From a virus (taxonomy: Duplodnaviria > Caudoviricetes), in the IMG/VR virus record IMGVR_UViG_3300029288_000110, positions 1 through 64,000 of that record: a DNA stretch of 64,000 nt, one strand, 5' to 3'. Every line of letters starts with the position of its first letter. Positions within the stretch are counted from its first letter, which is position 1. Position numbers and translations under genes: made by a program. Shown piece after piece: positions 10,136 to 18,100 of the stretch. The notes beneath the pieces were generated by a model, which was given only the letters and a program-made list of their open reading frames with translations, did no database searches and was not told the origin of the DNA.

Positions 10136-10534
10136 ATGGAAATAGAAACGGCCTTAAAAGCGTTCTTATTAACGCAGACGGACCTCACTGGGAAAGTGGG
10201 GGAGCGGATATATATACTTCAGGCCCCGCAGACGGCCGCCAAACCGTACATCGTTATCGAGCGTGCGGGGGACCCCGGGGTCCATACCTCGGACGGGCCG
10301 GTGGCGGTTGGGGATACCGGCGTCATCATCGGGTGCTACGGGACAACCTGGACATCGGCGCGGGAAGTGGCGGTCCTGGTCAAGGCGGCGCTCAACGGGA
10401 AAACGGGTGTAATTGGCGGGGCAAGCGGCGTCACCGTCAACCCGGTTTTTTATGACGACGAGGGGAGCGGCTTCGATACCAATGTCAGCCTGTATTACGT
10501 CGACCTTGAATTTACCTGCCAGACGGAGGGATAG
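10136..10534 (+). CDS. tail terminator (DUF3168-like)
   Basis: VGERIY..APQ..PYIV motif; synteny before tail tube gene. Confidence 0.8.
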   Translation: MEIETALKAFLLTQTDLTGKVGERIYILQAPQTAAKPYIVIERAGDPGVHTSDGPVAVGDTGVIIGCYGTTWTSAREVAVLVKAALNGKTGVIGGASGVTVNPVFYDDEGSGFDTNVSLYYVDLEFTCQTEG

Positions 10535-10544
10535 AAAAAAATGA

Positions 10545-11003
10545 GGTAAATATCCCTTGACGACCCATAGGAGAGTAGAGTGAAAAAATATCTACAAACA
10601 ATCATTGATTCTAAAAAAGGAGATTGCTTAGAAGCATGTATTCGGTGTTTGCTCGAAGATGAAAGTGTACCTCCTTTTAAAGATGGCATTCATGATTGGT
10701 ATTATATGGCTAACGAATGGTTGTCAAGATACAATTTGCAACTTGGATTTGTTGGCTATGGTGCAATGCCGCTACCGCGTGGTAATTTTATATTTTGTGT
10801 GAAATCAGCTTTATTTGAAGGTACTACTCATGCTGTTATTGCACGGGAAAATCCTGAAACTGGGCTGCCTGAAGTTATCTGGAATCCAAACCCTCAAGAC
10901 CCACGCGGTATAAACATTGACCCTAAACAAGGGTCGCATATTTACCTGTTAATAGTGCTCGACCCTTCAAAATTAAAATACGGGTTATGAAGGGATAGTT
11001 ACG
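10545..11003 (+). mobile_element. non-autonomous single-gene insertion cassette (MITE/MIC-like)
   Basis: left end GGTAAATATCCCTTGACGACCC; right end reverse complement CGTAACTATCCCTTCATAACCC; flanks AAAAATGA (10537-10544) and AAAGATGA (11004-11011), 7/8 identical. Confidence 0.75.
10580..10990 (+). CDS. hypothetical cassette passenger protein (GDC..ACI, HAV motifs; possibly Cys-protease-like fold)
   Basis: AT-rich ORF filling the IR-bounded cassette; GTG start after AGGAG. Confidence 0.7.
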   Translation: MKKYLQTIIDSKKGDCLEACIRCLLEDESVPPFKDGIHDWYYMANEWLSRYNLQLGFVGYGAMPLPRGNFIFCVKSALFEGTTHAVIARENPETGLPEVIWNPNPQDPRGINIDPKQGSHIYLLIVLDPSKLKYGL

Positions 11004-11007
11004 AAAG

Positions 11008-11223
11008 ATGAAATGCCCTAATCCGGAATGCGTCAACGGGAAGGTAAAAATCGAAAGCCCTATTACATCCGATGTAATGGGAGAGGAAGAAATTGGCTGC
11101 GAGGTCTGCCACGGCGCGGGGGAGATTACGGAAGACCTGGCGCCGCTGATATATAACGCGCTTTACCGGGCAGTGGAACTGCTCGAATCAATAAACGAAA
11201 AATTGGGAGGAATAAAGAAATGA
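11008..11223 (+). CDS. small zinc-finger protein
   Basis: CPNPECVNG...CEVCHGAG. Confidence 0.7.
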   Translation: MKCPNPECVNGKVKIESPITSDVMGEEEIGCEVCHGAGEITEDLAPLIYNALYRAVELLESINEKLGGIKK

Positions 11224-11936
11224 CAGCAACACCTGGCTACAAAGGATTCGGGACAGCGGTATCGTTCGGGGGAACGACGATCGGCTACACGCGGGACAAG
11301 CCCTTTCCCAGTAAATCGCGGGACGAGATTCCTTTAGACAACAGCGATTCCCCTGATGAATGGGATGAATCTTTACCGGGGATGAAGCACGGCGGGGACC
11401 TTGCTATCGACATGATATTCGTGCCCGGGGACGCAGGGCAGGCAGCGATGATCGCGGCCTTCGATGCCGGCACGGTAGCGACGCTGTTACTGACGGCGCC
11501 CGCGGCGGTAGGGGTAACAGTTTCCATGTCCGCCTGGGTGAAGAGCATGGGCGGGTCCTTCCCGTACAAAGGGGAAATTGTCCAGACGGTGACATTCCAT
11601 ATCACCGGGGCGGTAACCTATTCCGCCGCAGCGTCCACCGGGCTGACCACGCCGTTTTTCTCCATCAGTGAGAGCGCGGTTATCACGCCTGACCCGGCCG
11701 GCGATGAATATGATTACGTCGCCACGGTACTCACCGGGGTGGAATCGGTCACGGTCACGCCCACGGCCACGGCCGGCGTCATCACGGTAGACGGCAACAC
11801 GGTAGCCACCGGGGAGGCGTCCAGCGCCATCACACTCGGGGCGGCCGGCAGCGTAACGACGGTCACGGTGGTGGTCAAGGAAACGGGCAAGACGGCCAAG
11901 ACCTACACCATCAGGGTCGTTCGCGCCGCAAGCTAA
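11220..11936 (+). CDS. major tail tube protein with C-terminal cadherin-like beta-sandwich
   Basis: WDESLPGMKHGG tube motif; SVTVTPTA..ITVDG..KTYTIRV C-terminal domain. Confidence 0.85.
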   Translation: MTATPGYKGFGTAVSFGGTTIGYTRDKPFPSKSRDEIPLDNSDSPDEWDESLPGMKHGGDLAIDMIFVPGDAGQAAMIAAFDAGTVATLLLTAPAAVGVTVSMSAWVKSMGGSFPYKGEIVQTVTFHITGAVTYSAAASTGLTTPFFSISESAVITPDPAGDEYDYVATVLTGVESVTVTPTATAGVITVDGNTVATGEASSAITLGAAGSVTTVTVVVKETGKTAKTYTIRVVRAAS

Positions 11937-12009
11937 AGCCAAGACAGGAAACAGGGCTGGGGGAGGGACTTATTTTCCCTCCCCCTCTTTATTTGAATGA
12001 GGGGAAGTT

Positions 12010-12681
12010 ATGCCTGACAGAGCCAACCCATCCGTGCCTGTAAAGCTGGGGGGTAGAACTTGTAATTTAAAATGCACGCTGGGAGCGGTCCACGAGTTCC
12101 AGGAGATGACCGGGCAGGATATCTACCGGGACGGGCTGAACGTGCTGGAGATGCACGCGGACAATTTCCGCAAGCTCGTCTGGTGCTGCCTGGTGCCGGG
12201 CGGGGGCCGGCCGTTTACGCTGAAAGGCGTGGGGCGGCTGGTCAACAAAAAAACGATTTTAACCATCTTGCCTTTTGTCCGGCTGGCTTTGGGTTTATCC
12301 TGGCCGGAGGCGGAAAAAACAGCCGCGGCTAAAGATGAAAAAATGCCGACGGACTGGGTAGGATTGTGGTCGTTCGGGCGGCAGACGCTAAAGTTAGGCG
12401 AAGCGGAGTTCTGGGGGCTGACGCTGGCGCAGTTCCTGGCGTTAAGGAAACGCTGGGAAGGGGAACAGGAAACGCTCGATTACCGGACAGGCGTTATCGC
12501 CAGCAGTGTCTTAAATACTATTCCGCGCACGGAAGAAACCAAAGACAAAATTTTTACGGCGGCGGATATCTATCCGCATTATAGCTGGGGAGAAGAGGGC
12601 GGGGAGCTCAACGAAGACGATATACGCAATCATTTCCGGCAGTGGGCGCTGACGGAAGACGCGCATATTACGGAGAATTGA
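12010..12681 (+). CDS. tail assembly chaperone (G- and T-like parts in one frame)
   Basis: between tail tube and tape measure; EFWGLTLAQF motif in C-terminal half. Confidence 0.75.
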   Translation: MPDRANPSVPVKLGGRTCNLKCTLGAVHEFQEMTGQDIYRDGLNVLEMHADNFRKLVWCCLVPGGGRPFTLKGVGRLVNKKTILTILPFVRLALGLSWPEAEKTAAAKDEKMPTDWVGLWSFGRQTLKLGEAEFWGLTLAQFLALRKRWEGEQETLDYRTGVIASSVLNTIPRTEETKDKIFTAADIYPHYSWGEEGGELNEDDIRNHFRQWALTEDAHITEN

Positions 12682-12682
12682 T

Positions 12683-14956
12683 TTGGCTAAAGGTAAAGAA
12701 ATATCAACCCTGTTCATAACCATCGGCCTCGACGATAAAGATATGACGAAGGGCCTGAACAAAGCGCAGAAAGAAATCAAGGTCTGGAGCAAAAATTTCG
12801 CCATCGCCGGGGCCGCTATTACCGCGGCGCTAGGACTGGCTACTAAGGCGGCTCTGGAGGAAGAGGTTGGCGTCAACCGCCTGCGCAATGCCTTGAAGAA
12901 CGCGGGGTCCGATTATAATACATTATCCGGGGAGATAGAAAAGAATATTGCGGCGATGCAGGCCTCTACTAATTTCTCGGACAGTGAACAAAGAGACGCC
13001 CTGACCAATCTTATCGGGATACTGGGGAGTTATGAAAAGGCCGCTGCCGCTTTACCGGCAGCTTTGGATGCGGCAGCGTTTTCCGGACGGAATTTGAGCA
13101 GTGTGGTCTTTACGCTTGGGCGCGCCCTGTCCGGTGAGGTCAACACCGCGGAGAGCGTAGGGATAACCTTTAACGAAACAGCAGATTTCGGCACCCGTCT
13201 GAAGCAGGTTCTAGAACGGGTGGGTGGTTCCGCCAAGGCATCGGCCGACCCGTTAACACAGTTAAAGAACGTTACCGGAGATTTGGTGGAGGCGATAGGG
13301 GGATTTCTTGTTCCCATCCTCCGCACGCTGGTAGAAAAAATAATCCCAATTATTAAAGGTGTGCAGGATTGGATAGAGAAAAACGAGGGGTTATCGAAGG
13401 CATTAACAATAAGCGCGGCGGCGGCAGGCATATTTTTAGGCGTTATGGGCTCGCTCGGCATGATAATGGCGCCTCTAGCTAAGGGATTAACCCTTGTCAT
13501 TGTAACTTTGGGATGGTTGTCCAGAACATATTTGGGACTCATGGTTAGAGCCATTGCCTATAACGTGATACTCGTAGCACAGACAGTGATCGCTAAAGCA
13601 GCCGCTGCGGCGATACGCTTCTTGAGTCTGGCCATGATAACAACTCCCTGGGGAGTTGTCATCACGGCAGTACTGGCGCTGGGATATGCCGTTTACGGGC
13701 TGGTGAAACTTTTTCAATCGAATACGGATAGCGTAAACAAGAACGCCGCGGCCACGCGGCAGCTCACCGCGGAGCAGAAAAAGCTCAATGATGAATACCA
13801 GAAGCTCAACGAGGCGCAGCGGAAAAACGAAGCGTCATTAACCAATATCCAGAACGCCTACAATGCCACCAAAGAATCAAATGCCGGCATGAACCGCGAG
13901 ATTGAGAACACGGAACATGCGCTGGCTAACAGCCGTTACGAACTCGGCAAAGCCCGTGACGCCCTGGATGCAATACAGAAAAGCTATGACAACGCAGCGC
14001 AGCAGGTCAATGAATTCGAGAGCGCTATCAGCGATGCTAACCGCGAGCTGGAAAAACTTACCAACCCGCGCCTCGAGGGGATGCAGGAATTCGAAGACCA
14101 GATACAAACGCTACAGACAAAAATAAACGATCTTGAAGTAAAGCGGGCGGAAATCCGTGTAAAGGGCGGGGACACCGAAAATATAGACAAAAAAATTGAA
14201 GAACTGCAAAACCAGATAGACCTGCTGGAGGCAAAAGAAACCGCCGCATTCGACGATATACTTTATAAAACCAAGGAATCCGTGGAAACAATCCAGGGAT
14301 TAAATGAAGAAATTGCGCCGGAGGCGGTTACCGAACGCGTATCCGAACTCGGTATTCTATTGCAGGGGCTGGCAGCCGGGCGGCTAGCGGCGCAGGTAAA
14401 TCTCGACGCGCAAACGGTAGCCTTGAACAATCAGAAAACGGTGGTGGCGGAACTCGAAGCGCAGGAAGCCGAACACCAAGCCAGGCTGGAAGAAATAAAA
14501 AACTACGTAGAAAACATACTCTGGTCTTATCAGATGCAGATACGCGCCACGGAAGATATCATAAACAATACCAATACGGAAATAAGCCGGGTGGAACAGC
14601 TCAAGGCGGCGGCGGATAAAACGCTGGACGGCATGCTCGAGGATTCCATCCTGATAAAAAACAATCTCGCCAATACCGGCGTCAATCCCGTCAGCAATAC
14701 ATTGACAATACCCTCTTATGCCGGCTGGGAAGGCCCGGTCCCCGGCCCGGTGGGCAAGCCTTATCTGGCGATGGTTCACGGCGGGGAAATCATCAGCCAG
14801 AGCGGCGCCGGCGGAATCACCAATGATGCGTCCGCTATTCGCAGCGCCATCAGGGATGGCCTGGCCGGTATGACAATCACCGTGAATGTGGGCGGCAAGG
14901 ACGTGGCGGCGGTTATCAGCCGCGAACAATATTCCAAAAAACAGCAGAGGATTTAA
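12683..14956 (+). CDS. tail tape measure protein
   Basis: long helical/coiled-coil protein with hydrophobic segments; C-terminal GPVG..AMVHGGE. Confidence 0.88.
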   Translation: MAKGKEISTLFITIGLDDKDMTKGLNKAQKEIKVWSKNFAIAGAAITAALGLATKAALEEEVGVNRLRNALKNAGSDYNTLSGEIEKNIAAMQASTNFSDSEQRDALTNLIGILGSYEKAAAALPAALDAAAFSGRNLSSVVFTLGRALSGEVNTAESVGITFNETADFGTRLKQVLERVGGSAKASADPLTQLKNVTGDLVEAIGGFLVPILRTLVEKIIPIIKGVQDWIEKNEGLSKALTISAAAAGIFLGVMGSLGMIMAPLAKGLTLVIVTLGWLSRTYLGLMVRAIAYNVILVAQTVIAKAAAAAIRFLSLAMITTPWGVVITAVLALGYAVYGLVKLFQSNTDSVNKNAAATRQLTAEQKKLNDEYQKLNEAQRKNEASLTNIQNAYNATKESNAGMNREIENTEHALANSRYELGKARDALDAIQKSYDNAAQQVNEFESAISDANRELEKLTNPRLEGMQEFEDQIQTLQTKINDLEVKRAEIRVKGGDTENIDKKIEELQNQIDLLEAKETAAFDDILYKTKESVETIQGLNEEIAPEAVTERVSELGILLQGLAAGRLAAQVNLDAQTVALNNQKTVVAELEAQEAEHQARLEEIKNYVENILWSYQMQIRATEDIINNTNTEISRVEQLKAAADKTLDGMLEDSILIKNNLANTGVNPVSNTLTIPSYAGWEGPVPGPVGKPYLAMVHGGEIISQSGAGGITNDASAIRSAIRDGLAGMTITVNVGGKDVAAVISREQYSKKQQRI

Positions 14957-16357
14957 ATGTCAAACAGCATTAATTATAACGGCACGGATTTAAGCGCCTA
15001 CGGCCTGAACCTGCTCAATTACGATGAAATCTTTGAGCAGCTGACGGAATCCGCGCAGTTGAAAAACCAGGCTTACCAGCTGGGGAAAGTGCGGCCCGCC
15101 AGGATAATAACGCTGGATGTGAAAATCATCGCTGCCAACCTGGCCGACCGTCAGTCTTATCTGGACAGCATCAAAGGCGCGCTCAACGTCAACGAGCCGG
15201 CGGTACTGAAAATAAATTCCATCACCGACCGTTACTGGCTGGCCGTGGGCATAATAAGCGGGGCGCCCGTTTCCGCGAGGGTCTGGTCCGGCACGATAAT
15301 ATTTACCTGTTTTGACCCGGACGCCTACGATAACAGCGAGACCACGAGCTCGCACACCATAGATGATGACCCGGAAAACTTTAACGAGGTGGTAGGCGGC
15401 ACGGCGGAAACAAAGCCGGTTTATACCCTGACCAAAAAAACAGATATTTCCCTGGATTTTGACGGCGTGGATGACTATGTAAATGTTCCCCATAATGCCA
15501 ATCAGTTATTAACTACAGGCGGCACAATCAGAGCATGGGTGCAAGTTGAAGGGTTGGGAGAAAATAACGCAGGAATGATTGTAGATAAATCCACCGGAAC
15601 AAATGGTCAGAATGGTTTTTATTTACGCGTTGCCGCTACTAATAAATTTGCCTGTGTTATTAACAACGGAACGATTAAATATTCCGCCGAGAATTCATTT
15701 ACCCCCGGCGATGGTATTTGGCACCATGTGGTTGTCACCTGGGATGCTACCGGTTTGGTCACATTCTATGTTGACAGTGCTCAATCCGGTACACCCGGTA
15801 TTTCCGCTGACCCTGCGGGTATCACTACCACCAACGATTTGAGAATAGCCAACCGTTCCGGTGCGACTGACAGGACTTTTAACGGCAGGATAAAAGGTGT
15901 CTATATCGGTTCCGGACAATGGTCGGCGGCGGATGTGGCAGCGGATTACGCGCAGGGACATCAAGGTTCGCCCACCCCTTATAACATTACCGGCATCGTT
16001 GGCCTGTGGCAACTCGATGATAATACCGGCACGACTGCGGAAGATAGTTCCCCCGCAGGTAATGACGGCACTATCAGCGGCGCAACCTGGGTGGATGTCT
16101 CGCCGGAGGGTGCTGCCACCGTTATCATTAATAACACCACCGCTGAAGAAGAATTCTCCTGCACAGTCACGCTGGTAGCAGATGACATTCTTGTGATTGA
16201 TACCGAGACGATGGTGGTCACGCTCAATGACACGGAGGTCATGAATAGTGTACCTGTCACTAGCCAATGGCCGCGGCTGCTGCCCGGCACGAACTCCTTT
16301 ACGGTAGAAGGATTCAGCGGAACGATGGCTACGGTTTACCGGAAACGATATCTATAA
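14957..16357 (+). CDS. distal tail protein (Dit) with LamG-like insertion
   Basis: DRYWLA, FTCFDP, WPRLLPGTN..YRKRYL Dit motifs around LDFDGVDDYV..WHHVVVTWD LamG domain. Confidence 0.85.
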   Translation: MSNSINYNGTDLSAYGLNLLNYDEIFEQLTESAQLKNQAYQLGKVRPARIITLDVKIIAANLADRQSYLDSIKGALNVNEPAVLKINSITDRYWLAVGIISGAPVSARVWSGTIIFTCFDPDAYDNSETTSSHTIDDDPENFNEVVGGTAETKPVYTLTKKTDISLDFDGVDDYVNVPHNANQLLTTGGTIRAWVQVEGLGENNAGMIVDKSTGTNGQNGFYLRVAATNKFACVINNGTIKYSAENSFTPGDGIWHHVVVTWDATGLVTFYVDSAQSGTPGISADPAGITTTNDLRIANRSGATDRTFNGRIKGVYIGSGQWSAADVAADYAQGHQGSPTPYNITGIVGLWQLDDNTGTTAEDSSPAGNDGTISGATWVDVSPEGAATVIINNTTAEEEFSCTVTLVADDILVIDTETMVVTLNDTEVMNSVPVTSQWPRLLPGTNSFTVEGFSGTMATVYRKRYL

Positions 16358-16368
16358 AGAGGTGAAAT

Positions 16369-17343
16369 ATGGTTGAAGAGAGTCTGAAAATAACAGAACT
16401 ACCACAGCATACTACGCCAGTATCAGCGGATAAACTGGCTATAGTTGATAGCGTACTGGGACCAACTAAATACATTACTTATGCTGATTTAACAAAGAAT
16501 ATACGTTTAATACATGCCAACGCAGTTACCCCGCAAACAGCGACTACAAACACAGTATTACACATTGCGCAGGCTGATGCTGCCGTAGGCAGGTTGCTGG
16601 TAGATGTTTATGGCACGAGCACGTGCGCGGTATTTGAGGGACGGGCTGCGAGAGGTACGGCGGCATCTCCTTCAGCATTGCAAAGCGGCGACCAGATAAC
16701 AGAGATATCAGCTCACGGTTATGGAGCAACGGGGTATGCTCCATCGGGAAGAGGTCATGTCCGCTTTGAAGCTGATGGTAATTGGACAGATACCAGTAAC
16801 CCAACAAGATTATATATTGATGTTACCCCCAATTCGTCAACTGTTCCTGTAGAGGCCATGCGTATCACTAATGCCGGATGGATAGGTATAAATCAAAACA
16901 CTCCAGTCTGCCGTGTCCATATAGTAGGAACGCACGTTGGAGGCACAGGCATAACAAAATTCCAAGGGACGACACACGCGTTTATTTCCCTTGATTCGGC
17001 CACTGGAAGTGATACGGGAATTATCTTTAAAGAAAACAATACATCCCGTGCTCAAATAGCCGTACCGACAGGGAATAATTTTATTGAGTTCAACGTAACT
17101 TCTTCATATACAAAAGCTGCACGTGTTGATACGAAGGGTATCACTTTTGTCACAAGCATAGATTCGGGGGCCGTAGCAGATCAGGTGTCAATCTGCGGTT
17201 ATGATATTTCCGCAGGCCACAGGGCTCTATCTCTTTCGTGCGAAGAAGTGGTTGTTACGGAAGTGGACGAAACTAAATTCTCCCACAAATTACCAGTGAG
17301 AATCAACGGAGTTACCTATAACATCATGCTCTGTGCTACTTAA
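16369..17343 (+). CDS. tail fibre / receptor-binding protein
   Basis: KITELP N-terminal anchor, MRITNAGWIGINQNTP fibre repeat, position in tail-tip module. Confidence 0.7.
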   Translation: MVEESLKITELPQHTTPVSADKLAIVDSVLGPTKYITYADLTKNIRLIHANAVTPQTATTNTVLHIAQADAAVGRLLVDVYGTSTCAVFEGRAARGTAASPSALQSGDQITEISAHGYGATGYAPSGRGHVRFEADGNWTDTSNPTRLYIDVTPNSSTVPVEAMRITNAGWIGINQNTPVCRVHIVGTHVGGTGITKFQGTTHAFISLDSATGSDTGIIFKENNTSRAQIAVPTGNNFIEFNVTSSYTKAARVDTKGITFVTSIDSGAVADQVSICGYDISAGHRALSLSCEEVVVTEVDETKFSHKLPVRINGVTYNIMLCAT

Positions 17344-17350
17344 GGAGTTT

Positions 17351-17557
17351 ATGAACGAAAACGAAAAAAACGCTTTGATACTTTTAACCCAATTATGCCA
17401 GGAATCTCAAAACGAACTTAACGCCCGTATAGCTTCTAGGCAAAGTTTTATAGAGTTATTGGAAACAAAATACAATTCCAAATTTAACCCACAAACAGGC
17501 GAGTTTGTAAAATCAGTTGACGGACATCCTGACAAATCCGTTCCTGTCAACCCATAG
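17351..17557 (+). CDS. small hypothetical protein (possible fibre chaperone)
   Basis: ATG 17351 after AAGGAG, directly after fibre gene. Confidence 0.55.
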   Translation: MNENEKNALILLTQLCQESQNELNARIASRQSFIELLETKYNSKFNPQTGEFVKSVDGHPDKSVPVNP

Positions 17558-18031
17558 ATAGCCGGGCTTATGCGGGTCTGATTTCGGGAGATTAGGCATT
17601 TCAATATTACCATCAGAATGAATTATAAAACGCCTTTCAGGGGATAATGATCCTTGAGCGGTGGTATCAATAAATACACAAGTGGGCTGGCTTTCATCCG
17701 TCCAGTCCTCTTCTGCCTCAATAGCAACATGGGCAACACCGTGATTACCATATCCTGTAAGCCCGTATCCGTGTGCTGATATTTCGGTAATTCTATCGCC
17801 CTTTTTCAGCGGTGTTTGAATTTCCTGCGTGCCGTTTGCCCGGCGGCCGGTGAAAGCCGCACACCCGCCGTAGGTATCCAGCGTTATACGGGCATCCGAA
17901 TTATCATTCCCCTGCACATAATCAACGGTATAAAGAGGCCCTGTATTTTTCATAGATTGAACGCTAGTAGCGCAGGACGAAATAACCAGGATTGCCATGA
18001 TTAAAGCCATTAACCAATATTTCATATTCAT
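17513..18031 (-). CDS. lipoprotein paralogous to the tail fibre domain (moron)
   Basis: signal peptide MKYWLMALIMAILVISS-C (lipobox); shares ITEISAHGYG and surrounding ~100 aa with ORF 16369..17343. Confidence 0.8.
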   Translation of the reverse strand: MNMKYWLMALIMAILVISSCATSVQSMKNTGPLYTVDYVQGNDNSDARITLDTYGGCAAFTGRRANGTQEIQTPLKKGDRITEISAHGYGLTGYGNHGVAHVAIEAEEDWTDESQPTCVFIDTTAQGSLSPERRFIIHSDGNIEMPNLPKSDPHKPGYLWVDRNGFVRMSVN

Positions 18032-18060
18032 TACCTCTTGCCTGTTTAACTTTTGAAATC

Positions 18061-18069
18061 ATTATACCA
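18061..18069 (-). promoter_or_regulatory. extended -10 promoter for the lipoprotein gene
   Basis: TGGTATAAT on - strand ~30 nt upstream of the ATG, then GAGG RBS. Confidence 0.5.
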
Positions 18070-18100
18070 TTTTTGTCAATTATATTAAGGCGGTTAATTC

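Noticed and set aside
16570-17900. Invertible tail-fibre segment (Mu G-like) explaining the opposite-strand fibre paralog
   Set aside because: Similarity is at protein level with diverged synonymous sites; no crossover repeats or adjacent invertase; the copy has its own signal peptide and promoter.
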